From assembly GCA_002269645.1 (NCBI GenBank), contig NIVC01001117.1, positions 45,670 through 109,669 on the forward strand: DNA of 64,000 nucleotides. The letters run 5' to 3'. This document shows, piece after piece, positions 45,471-56,499 of this stretch. A program made the translations under genes and the position numbers. The notes beneath the pieces are model-generated. The model was given only the letters and a program-made list of their open reading frames with translations. It ran no database searches and was not told where the DNA came from. This stretch comes from Macrostomum lignano (taxonomy: Eukaryota). Numbering within the stretch: the stretch's first letter is position 1; each line of letters begins with the position of its first letter.

Positions 45471-45879
45471 ATAAGTCACTTGTGTACACCGAGTTAAATG
45501 CTTGTTATTTATTCTCAACCCCATATGCTCCTGAGGCGCAAACCCCGGCCGAGTAAGGAAAGAACATTTTAGCTCCCACATTGAATTTAAGTGCCGCTGC
45601 GCAGACAAACTACTGAAAACAGAGTAGAGTTTTCACAACTTTAATTGCGAGTGCCATATATAGTTTTTTCCCTCTACGTGATGCCCCTAAGTTTTAACCG
45701 GTGACTTATTTTAATTTGTTCTCAATGCTTAATAGAGGATATTAGAAAATAGAGGAATTACTCATATTGAATGTATTGAATTACCTGTACCTATATATCT
45801 GCTATATACTCGTAGTAAATGTATAGCGCCTTTTCTGTAAGCGTCCTGTGCAAATAATACAATTCGAGAACTGTTTGTC

Positions 45880-46070
45880 ATGAAGGCGAGGACTAGGAAA
45901 CAGGTGACATGCCTGTTGGCTTCTCTTAGGTGTGTGTGTGGGTGGGTTCTTGTTTGCTAGATAATTCTTTTTCTCCCGTACCTATTCTCGAATTACTGTC
46001 GGTGTGCAAGTAGTGATATCAGATTCTTCTGTTGACCTGTCTGTATGTCTGTCTTTCTCTGTTCATCTTT

Positions 46071-46104
<34 letters not shown>

Positions 46105-48040
46105 CTTGTCTATCTGTTCTGTAAATGTGCCCAATTATCCTTAGTTAAATTTTACTTATCTCTTGCTGTCATTGTTCGGTTCTTTATGTCTGATTCCATG
46201 CAATCCAACAAGTTCAAGAAGTTTTAATTGCCAAAAGAAATATTACAGTAATACTTTCGTCTAAATTTCATTCTAAGAAAGTATGAAAATTTCGTAGTTA
46301 CTTTATTTTCATGTGCCTTTAAACAAGTTTAGTGCAACCCGACATTTAATATACCCACCTAATATAATGACTCGATTTGGATTGCAAATATTTTCTGCAT
46401 AAATATATGATACAAACACGGAAATTATTAATTTCATCTGGTTAGTCTATTGTCAAGTTAATTAATTTAATGCATTCTTAGTCAAACGCGTAAAGGATTT
46501 AGATTTAGTCAATATTCATTTAGGTTCGCCTATGGCGTGTCAATTCTACTTACATTATCAGGCGACGGACGTGTTGCTATGGGCAACGTACCTGTCACTC
46601 TAGTAATTCAGTTCATTTGAGTAGCTCTGTTTGTCTGTCTGTCACTGGAGCTGTTCTACAGTGTTGAATTGATTTAATAGAATGCGTTTCCATAGTAACA
46701 CATCCTGAACCTTACTCCTTATCCTGTCAGCTCCTGATCCTTACACTGCAAATCCTGTCAGTCAGCTCCTGATCCTTTCACCGCAAATCCTGTCAGTCAG
46801 CTCCTGATCCTTTCACTGCAAATCCTGTCAGTCAGCTCCTAATCCTTTCACTGCAAATCCTGTCAGCTCCTGATCCTTTCACTGCAAATCCTGTCAGTCA
46901 GCTCCTGATCCTTACACTGCAAATCCTGACAGTCAGCTCCTGATCCTCACACTGCAAATCCTGTCAGCTCCTGATCCTTACACTGCAAATCCTGGCAGTC
47001 AGCTCCTGATCCTCACACTGCAAATCCTGTCAGCTCCTGATCCTTACACTGCAAATCCTGTCAGTCAGCTCCTGATCGTCACACTGCAAATCCTGTCGGC
47101 TCCTGATCCTTACACTGCAAATCGTGACAGTCAGCTCCTGATCCTTACACTGCAAATCCTGACAGTCAGCTCCTGATCCTTACACTGCAAATCCTGTCAG
47201 TCAGCTCCTGATCCTTACACTGCAAATCCTGACAGTCAGCTCCTGATCCTTACACTGCAAATCCTGACAGTCAGCTCCTGATCCTTACACTGCAAATCCT
47301 GACAGTCAGCTCCTGATCCTTACACTGCAAATCCTGACAGTCAGCTCCTGATCCTTACACTGCAAATCCTGTCAGCTCCTGATCCTTACACTGCAAATCC
47401 TGTCAGCTCCTGATCCTTACACTGCAAATCCTGTCAGCTCCTTTCATCACAGAGCCTGTAAGCTATCATCGCAGAGTCTGTAAGCTTTCATCGCAGAGTC
47501 TGTAAGCTTTCATCGCAGAGCCTATTAGCTATCACCTTTCATCCCGAACCCTTCACCACACAGGCCTCATCCGGTAACCGCCGCAGCCGACTCTGCCAAG
47601 TCAACAACAACAACAGCATCGCCAGCACCAACAACCAGAGCTACTCTTATTCAGCTCTCCAAGTGGTGGATGATCTCAATCACAGCCGCAGTTCTGAGAC
47701 CGGCTCGGGCGGCGCTGTCCCGGCCAGCGGCCCGCTGCTCAGCCTGATGTTCACCTTCGACATCAACTTGGAGCACGCCGTTTTTGTATTGCACGCCTGT
47801 CACGGTGTTCTAGCCGAGGCGCTGTTCGTGCTGGCGTCTGGCGGCGCCCTTCGCTCCACGGGCCTGCCGGTCTGGACTCCTCAAGACGATGCCGACGTTT
47901 TGAGCTGCGACATTGAAAGAATGCGCCGGGTGCGAGATCGGTTCGGACGGGTTGACGTCTGTCTGCGCCTTATTTACCTCGGCGACTGCGGCTGGCCTGA
48001 GCCCGACCGCGACCCGCCTGAGCTGGCACTCTGCTGCTGA
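45880..48040 (+). CDS. Small protein with Rap1/TERF2IP C-terminal (RCT, Rap1_C) domain; about 166 aa
   Basis: Terminal exon 47564-48040 (acceptor cacacag|, phase 0) encodes LMFTFDINLEH..GVLAEALFVLASG..GLPVWTPQDDADVL..RFG..V..RL, matching recalled human RAP1 LMEKFNLDL..GELEATSAFLASG..GYPIWSRQDDIDL..KFG..VARR. First exon 45880-45903 (MKARTRKQ|gtgaca) is tentative. Confidence 0.7.
46720..47440. repeat. 31/35-bp minisatellite (gtcagctcctgatccttacactgcaaatcct[gaca]) in the RCT-gene intron
   Basis: Direct reading. Confidence 0.95.
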
Positions 48041-48059
48041 CTGATGCTGTTGCAAAACT

Positions 48060-48460
48060 CCGTGCCTGTCACTCCGTGTCGGTCACTCTCTACACACCGT
48101 GTCTGTCACTCCGTGTTGGTTACTTCGTGTCGCTCACACCCCAGTCACCTAAGTCCGTCACTCTCCAGTCACGTCGTGTTGGTCACTCCGTGTCGGTCAC
48201 TCCGTGTCGGTCACTCCCCAGTCATCCGTGTCCGTCACTCCGTGTCAGTCACTCTGTCGGTCAGTCCCCAGTCACCCGAGTCCGTCACTCCAGTCACTCA
48301 GTGTCAGTCACTCTGTGTCAGTCACTCCCCAGTCACCCGAGTCCCGCCCGGAACTCCTCAATCACTTCCTAGTCACTTCGTGTATATCATTAACCAGTCA
48401 CTCCGTGTCCGTCACTCTCCAGTCACTCCCTAGTCACTCCGTGTCAGACACTCGTTTGGA
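48060..48460. repeat. Degenerate gtcactccgtgtc low-complexity repeat
   Basis: Direct reading. Confidence 0.8.
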
Positions 48461-48987
48461 GTGACGCTGATAGACTGACGCGGTTGGAGTGACATATTAT
48501 GAAAGGTTATGCAGGAGTGACAAAGACCAAATGTGAGGACATTTAATTTGGTAAATGCTTTATTACTTCAAAAGCGCATTTTTAAACTCGGGTTTTGTAC
48601 TAGTGTACTAGTATTCTGCATTTTGTTTAGTTTATTAATAAATAGATATTTGAGTCACAGTTTGGAAATTTAATTTTCAATTTTCAATTTTGTTAACAAG
48701 AAAAAGTAGCCATGTTTTTTTTTCAAATTTGAGTCCGTTTCTCATTGACACGGTAGAAATCATTGAATAGTAATAAATAGTTTTATAGGTCAATTAACTG
48801 CATAAAAGACTGTATTTAATGTGTCAATTATTAGCTTATTATTATTAATAATATTTTATTTTTATTCATCATTTAATGTTGAAAGAAAAATTAAAACTGG
48901 GTGATGCAATAAAAAGTGACTTTACAGTGCTACTGCTCAGCTATGTCTCAAGAATATTTGTTAGAAACTGTTAAGGGGCTTGTCCTG

Positions 48988-49718
48988 TTGCTGGCGCCCC
49001 TGGTGCTGGCGCCCCTGGTGCTGGCGCCCCTGGTGCTGGCGCCCCTGGTGCTGGCGCCCCTGGTGCTGGCGCCCCTGGTGCTGGCGCCCCTGGTGCTGGC
49101 GCCCCTGGTGCTGGCGCCCCTGGTGCTGGCGCCCCTGGTGCTGGCGCCCCTGGTGCTGGCGCCCCTGGTGCTGGCGCCCCTGGTGCTGGCGCCCCTGGTG
49201 CTGGCGCCCCTGGTGCTGGCGCCCCTGGTGCTGGCGCCCCTTGGTGCTGGTGCCCCTGGTGCTGGCGCCCCTGGTGCTGGCGCCCCTAGTGCTGGTGCCC
49301 CTGTTGCTGGCGCCCCTGTTGCTAAAGCCCCTGGTGCTAAAGCCCCTGGTGCTGGCGCCCCTGGTGCTGGCGCCCCTGTTGCTGGCGCCCCTGGTGCTGG
49401 CGCCCCTGGTGCTGGCGCCCCTGGTGCTGGCGCCCCTGGTGCTGGCGCCCCTGGTGCTGGCGCCCCTGGTGCTGGCGCCCCTGGTGCTGGCGCCCCTGTT
49501 GCTGGCGCCCCTGGTGCTGGCGCCCCTGGTGCTGGCGCCCCTGGTGCTGGCGCCCCTGGTGCTGGCGCCCCTGGTGCTGGTGCCCCTGGTGCTGGCGCCC
49601 CTGGTGCTGGCGCCCCTAGTGCTGGTGCCCCTGTTGCTAAAGCCCCTGGTGCTAAAGCCCCTGGTGCTAAAGCCCCTGGTGCTAAAGCCCCTGGTGCTAA
49701 AGCCCCTGGTGCTGGCGC
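48988..49718. repeat. 15-bp GC-rich minisatellite (gctggcgcccctggt) with a 1-nt insertion near 49241
   Basis: About 48 units. Confidence 0.95.
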
Positions 49719-49835
49719 AGCATTCAAATGAAAGAAAAAATCATGATTAAACCCCTGCTAGGAGTACCAGCACTGTAAATTTCACCCCGTTTAATCGGAT
49801 CACCCGCTGAATCGGGTTCATTTATTCTCAGAAAG

Positions 49836-52800
49836 TTAGGCCGCCTTGTTCACTGCGGCAGTAGCTTCCACCAGCTCCGTGCTGTCAGCTCGGCCAGCAG
49901 CGTGGCATTTAGCGGATCGGATGTTGAACCCTATCGCGATTAGGCCAACGAGTAGTTCTACGAATTCCAGCATGGTTAGGACGGAGGCTCCGACCCAGAG
50001 ACCTGGCGAGGCAGAATTAGTTATTCAACCAAGTGTAGTTGATGCTAAATTAGTTTACCAGACTGTCCCTGAACGGGCACGAAAGGTATGCACAGCAACC
50101 TTGACGTTCTCTGTCATGCACTGCCTTGGATAATCGCACGACAAGCATCGGGCCAATTTTGTGTTTCGATTGTGTTCTTTGACCACAGCCAACACTGTAC
50201 ATATCCCCGACCAACTGTGCATAACCCCAACCCACTGTACATATCCTCAACCAACTGTACATGTCCCCAACCAACTGTACATGTCCCCAACCAACTGTAC
50301 ATATCCCCAACCAACTGTACATATCCCCGACCAACTGTGCATAACCCCAACCCACTGTACATATCCTCAACCAACTGTACATGTCCCCAACCAACTGTAC
50401 ATGTCCCCAACCAACTGTACATATCCCCAACCAACTGTACATATCCCCGACCAACTGTGCATAACCCCAACCCACTGTACATATCCTCAACCAACTGTAC
50501 ATGTCCCCAACCAACTGTACATATCCCCAACCAACTGTACATATCCCCAAACAACTGTACATGTCCCCAACCAACTGTACATATCCCCAACCAACTGTAC
50601 ATATCCCCGACCAACTGTGCATAACCCCAACCCACTGTACATATCCTCAACCAACTGTACATGTCCCCAACCAACTGTACATATCCCCAACCAACTGTAC
50701 ATATCCTTAACCAACTGTACATGTCCCCAACCAACTGTACATATCCCCAACCAACTGTACATATCCTCAACCAATTGTACATATCCCCAACCAACTGTAC
50801 ATATCCTCAACCAACTGTACATGTCCCCAACCAACTGTACATATCCTCAACCAACTGTACATATCCCCAACCAACTTCCCGGCCTGGTCAGCTCACCAAT
50901 CACTCCGCCAGCCTCAGACAGGAAGCTCTCAATGGATATTGCCAGTCCTCCTCGAACAGGGTAACCCTAGAGGACAGGAAGTAGATGTTGGCTTGAACCA
51001 CGTGGTCGCTGGCCGATATACCGCTGAGCATCTTGCCGCCTGCTGAGCTGACGTTGATCAGCGCTGGAATGAAGGACCGGTCGGGCGCCCTCTGCCAGGT
51101 CTGCAGCAGCAGTCGCTCAACGTCGCCGGTCCACTGACTGCCAGCAGTGCCGCCGCTGCCCGCAGAGGTTGTTGGCAGAGCCGTTGTGGCGGCGTGGGCC
51201 ACAATGCCCTCCTCTTTGCAGGCCTTCTGACAGGCGGACACCAGCCGTCCGTAGACTGTCAGATCGTCGTTAAATCGTAGCTGATTGTCGACGCAAGCTT
51301 TGTCCAGCATCATCCGGTCGAAGGAGTTGATCCGCGGCGGCGCCCCGGCCAGTCGGGTGAAATTCAACCGGCTGCAGCGTCTGTCCCGCTGCAGCGGCAG
51401 CGGAATCGGCAGGTTGTCCGTGACGCAGCCGCAGGCGGTTTTGATCGCCGAGTTCAACGCCATGTCGACGCAGTTCACCGTGTCGTAGTCGTAGTTCTCG
51501 GAGGAGCCGTCAAAGTTGACAGCCTGATGGTGCTTGGTGCACGGGTCGTTGATGGTGGTCATCCGTTTGGTGCGCTCGACCATCAGGCCGATGTCCGTGC
51601 GGTGGCCAGCGGGCGCCGGCACTGGCGCCGCCCGAAAGAAGTTGGTGAACTTGTCGTAAGGGGTCAGCAGGAAGGCGTAGCCCCGAGTGTACCGTGTCGA
51701 GGTGCTGAAGTAGCTGTCCTTCAGGCCTTCGTAGGCCAGCGTGAGGGTCAGGCCGTTGTCGTAGCCGCCGTAGGCCTGCGGGCGGTTCGCAAGGCCTATG
51801 AAGATGGGGCGCCCTCTGTATCAAATTGAGGCGCTATCTACGAAATCATCATCTACGAAAATGAGACTTCATCTAATAAAATGAGGCGCCATCTAAAAAA
51901 ATATGACTTCATCTAGTAAAGTGAGGCGCCATGTAGTAAAATCAGGCGCCATCTACGAAAATGAGGCGTCATCTAGTAAAATGAGGAATCCATCTACGAA
52001 AATGAAGCGCCATCTACGAAAATGAGGCGCCATCCAGTAAAATGAGTTGCCATCTACGAAAATGAGACACCATCTAGTAAAATGAGGCGCCATCTATGAA
52101 AATGTGACTTCATCTAATAAAATGAGGCGCCATCTAGTAAAATCAGGCGCCATCCAGTAAAATGAGGCGCTACCTACGAAAATGAGGCGCCATCTAGTAA
52201 AATAAGGCGCCAGCTACGAAATTGAGGCGCTATCTATGAAAATGAGATGCCATCTACGAAAATGAGGCGCCATCTAATAAAATGAGGCGCCATCTAGTAA
52301 AATGAGTCACCGTCTATGAAAATAAGGCGCACTCTGTATGAAAATAGACATCATCGATGCAAATGACGCGCCAGACAAAAACTTGACGCAGCCCAGTATG
52401 AAATGGCTCAGTCGAGACGCAAAGGGAAATCTCAATATTTCATAAATAATTATTGTTACAATATAAACTTATGCACTTAAAACAAACTTTGGTCCGGGCT
52501 CTGGACCAGCTGAAACCAACTGAACAAAAAAATTTGCTCAAATAGCTCCCTGCTCAACGATCAATATGGTACGATATAGCTAGCCTAGATCCTGAGCTAC
52601 ACCTGTGTTTGCAGCAGGGGTTTTGAATACACAAACGGGCTGCAGTTGACTTTCGTCATGACTCTGCATTATCCCTATGGATTAATGAGAATTTCTAACG
52701 ATGAGCGCTTTTTCAATGTGTGGGAGATTTTCTGAGACAGGAAATCTTTTCTCGTTTAAATTTGACTATCGGTGTATTCGGAATGCTGATGCTATGGAAT

Positions 52801-54201
52801 GGCTATGGTAGGGAAAATGAGCTGTGGTGATGCTGAAAATGAGTCAGGGTTAGATGCATGAGTACTGAAAATGAGTCAGGGTAGATGATAACTGAAAATG
52901 AGTCAGGGTAGATGATAACTGAAAATGAGTCAGCTAGGGTAGATGATAACTGAAAATGAGTCAGCTAGGGTAGATGATAACTGAAAATGAGTCAGGGTAG
53001 ATGATAACTGAAAATGAGTCAGAGTAGATGATAACTGAAAATGAGTCAGGGTAGATGATAACTGAAAATGAGTCAGGGTAGATGATAACTGAAAATGAGT
53101 CAGGGTAGATGATAACTGAAAATGAGTCAGGGTAGATGATAACTGAAAATGAGTCAGGGTAGATGATAACTGAAAATGAGTCAGGGTAGATGATAACTGA
53201 AAATGAGTCAGGGTAGATGATAACTGAAAATGAGTCAGAGTAGATGATAACTGAAAATGAGTCAGGGTAGATGATAACTGAAAATGAGTCAGGGTAGATG
53301 ATAACTGAAAATGAGTCAGGGTAGATGATAACTGAAAATGAGTCAGGGTAGATGATAACTGAAAATGAGTCAGGGTAGATGATAACTGAAAATGAGTCAG
53401 GGTAGATGATAACTGAAAATGAGTCAGAGTAGATGATACTAAAAATAAGTCACACCGATGATACTGAGAATGAGTCATGGTAATGACAAATGAACCACTT
53501 TACGCCAAAAAGTGAGTCACAGTGACACCAAACATCAGTCAATCTACCAGCAGCCCCCTCTGACACCCTTGAGAACTGCTCAGCTCACCCAGGCGCTGGA
53601 TCCAGTCGCGCTCGAACACAAATCAGATGCCGTACCGATCCGAGGCCACCGCAGTGAAATTCGCCGCGCTGCACGAGCGCCAGTTGAAGCTGCAGGTGAG
53701 CATCACCGAGTCCAGAGCGGTGGTCACATTGGCCAGCTCTGGCAGACGGCCCTCCAGGTAGGCGTCCAGCAGAGCCTTGTCCGCCACCGCCTCTCGACGA
53801 TCTTCTTCGGCTACGCCAAAATACGGCGAGGTCAAGTTGAACAGCTGATTGTGCAGGTCGCGCACTACCCAGTTACCCGGCTGGGTCATCAGGTAGCTGG
53901 AAAAGTAGCTGGTGGGACAGATGGCCACTTTGGGAAAGTGCAGCGGCTCCAGCACGTTGTTGGTGATCACCCGCTTCTGGTAGGCGAAGTACTTGACTGA
54001 GATCAGGGCCAGGTGGTAGGACAGGCCGCAGATAGCTCCAGTGAGCAGCAGGGACCACAAAATGGTTTTGATTCTGGACTCAGACTCGGCCACATTCTTG
54101 TATCCGTGACCGCTGGTTGACGTGGCGAACTGCAGCACCCGAAGTTTGGCCCGTTTCACCTTCAACTCTGCGCTGGAGCTGTCCGGCCCGGCTTGCGACA
54201 T
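49836..54201 (-). CDS. DEG/ENaC (amiloride-sensitive) sodium channel, about 565 aa if repaired; disrupted as sequenced
   Basis: Exons (-): 54201-53589, 51813-50897, 50002-49836. Motifs FATSTSGHG (HG), TM1, FPKVAICP, CSFNWRSC, RYGI*FVF, GLTLTL, ESFLSEAGGVIGLWVGASVLTMLEFVE (GAS filter, TM2). Lesions: TGA at 53625-53623, -1 frameshift near 50934, intron 1 needs a GAG acceptor. Confidence 0.9.
50190..50880. repeat. 20-bp minisatellite (ccaactgtacatatccccaa), DEG/ENaC intron 2
   Basis: Direct reading. Confidence 0.95.
51825..52330. repeat. Degenerate 20-bp minisatellite (catctacgaaaatgaggcgc), DEG/ENaC intron 1
   Basis: Direct reading. Confidence 0.9.
52860..53430. repeat. 27-bp minisatellite (gagtcagggtagatgataactgaaaat), DEG/ENaC intron 1
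   Basis: About 21 units. Confidence 0.95.
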
Positions 54202-54419
54202 CGTGTGAGAGTCGCTATTTCTTTTGTTGAGTAGCTCAGCAGCTCACCGACTTGGGTGCTTGTGTGACTGATTAATTCTGGACGGGGTGGTAAAGTTTAA
54301 ATTCTCTGGCCCTCACTTTGGTATCTCCTAAGGGCATTTCTCGGATTGGTCAACCACCAAGGTGTGAATTATCAGGGACGAATCAAGTAGAAGGACGGGG
54401 CTACAGCTACAAAACGGGC

Positions 54420-55720
54420 GCCAACTACAGAGGGGGCGCCAGCTACAGAGGGGGCGCCAGCTACAGAGGGGGCGCCAGCTACAGAGGGGGCGCCAGCTAC
54501 AGAGGGGCACCAGCTACAGAGGGGGCGCCAGCTACAGAGGGGCACCAGCTACAGAGGGGGCGCCAGCTACAGAGGAGACGCCAGCTACAGAGGGGGCGCC
54601 AGCTATTGAGAGGGTGCCAGCAACACAGGGGCGCCAGCTACTGAGAGGGCGCCAGCTACTGAGAGGACGCCAGCTACAGAGGAGATGCCAGCTTCAGAGC
54701 GGGCGCCAGCTACAGAGAAGACGCCAGCTACAGAGGGGGCGCCAGCTACAGAGGGGGCGCCAGCTACAGAGGAGACGCCAGCTACAGAGGGGGCGCCAGC
54801 TACAGAGGGGGCGCCAGCTACAGAGGGGGCGCCAGCTACAGAGGGAGCGCCAGCTACAGAGGGAGCGCCAGCTACAGAGGGGGCGCCATCTACAGAGGGG
54901 GCGCCAGCTACAGAGGGGGCGCCAGCTACAGAGGAGACGCCAGCTACAGAGGGGGCGCCAGCTACAGAGGGGGCGCCAGCTACAAAGGGGCGTCAGCTAC
55001 TGAGAGGGCGCCAGCTACAGAGGGGGCGCCAGCTACAGAGGGGGCGCCAGCTACAGAGGGGGCGCCAGCTACAAAGGGGCGTCAGCTACAGAGGGGGCGC
55101 CAGCTACAGAGGGGGCGCCAGCTACAGAGGGGGCGCCAGCTACAGAGGGGGCGCCAGCTACAAAGGGGCGTCAGCTACAGAGGGGGCGCCAGCTACAGAG
55201 GAGACGCCAGCTACAGAGGGGGCGCCAGCTACAGAGGGGGCGCCAGCTACAGAGGGGCGCCAGCTACAGAGGGGGCGCCAGCTACAGAGGGGCGTCAGCT
55301 ACAGAGGAGACGCCAGCTACAGAGGGGGCGCCAGCTACAGAGGGGGCGCCAGCTACAGAGGGGCGCCAGCTACAGAGGGGGCGCCAGCTACAAAGGGGCG
55401 TCAGCTACAGAGGGGGCGCCAGCTACAAAGGGGCGTCAGCTACAGAGGGGGCGCCAGCTACAGAGGGGCGCCAGCAACAGAGGGGGCGCCAGCTAATGAG
55501 ATGGCGCCAGCTACTGAGAGGGTCCCAGCTACAGAGGGGGCGCCAACTACAGAGGGGGCTCCAGCTACTGAGAGGGTGCCAGCAATAAAGGGGCGCCAGC
55601 TACTGAGAGGGTGCCAGCAACACACAGGGCGCCAGCTACTGAGAGGGTCCCAGCTACAGAGGAGACGCCAGCTACTGAGAGGGCACCAGCTGCAGATGGG
55701 GGCGCTAACTACCAAGGGGG
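54420..55720. repeat. 18-bp minisatellite (gggggcgccagctacaga) upstream of DEG/ENaC
   Basis: Units carry 1-nt indels that shift frame repeatedly. Confidence 0.95.
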
Positions 55721-56039
55721 GATGTACTGAGGTGCAAGCTACAGAAGTGCTACTACTACAAAAGTCACTCACATTAAATCTCATAGCTATTAATAAAACG
55801 AGAAAGGACGGAGTTCAGTCTCCAGTCCAGTTAGCCTAACTTGAAGCGTCCTTGGACAGGAGGAAAGAAGGGAGAGGAGAGAAGGGAGAGGAAAGGAAAG
55901 AAAGGAGAGAGAGAAAGGAGAGTAGGGAAGAGAGAGAAGAGAGAGGAGATGAGAGAGAAGAGAGCTGAGAAGAGACACAAACCCTGAGCGGGCCGGGTTG
56001 CTCTTGTAAAGTTTCAAAGAACCAGAGGTCCGGATAGAG

Positions 56040-56330
56040 TGGCTTTACGAGCAGGAGTTTGCCGACGCCTGCCTCGGGCTCTCAGAGTCGAAAACCACAG
56101 CGGTCACGCTCACCAACAAACTGCCCTGGACCATGAAGTGCCTCACCCATTATGCAAAGGACATTTCTATGATGAAACAGCTAGGTCCGTTGTCTGGGCC
56201 TCACTCTAGATCACAGGTTTAACTGGACCCCACACAACTAAGCCTCGGTATGGGCTAGCGGTCTGAACGTCAAGAGTAACCTCGATGCCCTCTATAGAGT
56301 TTATGGCAGAGCCTGCTGCTAAGAACATCC
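56040..56330 (+). mobile_element. Degenerate LOA-like ORF2 fragment (RT C-terminal region)
   Basis: LSESKTTAV..VRCLGLTLDHRFNWTPH..ASVW..YGRAC aligns by eye to LSEPKTVAI..TRCLGVTLDHRLNWSFH..ASVVW..QGRAC of the intact element. Confidence 0.75.
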
Positions 56331-56499
56331 GGTGTCCCCTGGATCTTCCCGGCGTCTTTCAAGAAGCATTTGCGAACTGTGCCTCAAGACTCTCGAGGAG
56401 TATATCGGGCTCAAAATCCTCGCGGACTCGATCCCAGCCACCCTTCTCCTTAGCCAGAGGTACAAGTTCTAATTTAGGGCAATTTATTACAGCCTGTGT

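Noticed and set aside
49760-49835. SECIS element for the DEG/ENaC TGA
   Set aside because: ATGA..TGAT stem is only about 4-5 bp, has no apical AA, and follows the AATAAA
50055-50194. Phase-compatible alternative terminal exon for DEG/ENaC (VLAVVKEH...)
   Set aside because: Acceptor is one unit of the 20-bp repeat; lacks GAS/TM2, which the 50002-49836 exon supplies
2412-54201. Genome-wide TGA reassignment
   Set aside because: TGA terminates BAMBI-like, PPOX, CUTA and the RCT gene at expected positions
54318-55839. (PATEGA)n mucin-like ORFs
   Set aside because: Frequent 1-nt indels between units scramble the frame; no signal peptide or exon linkage
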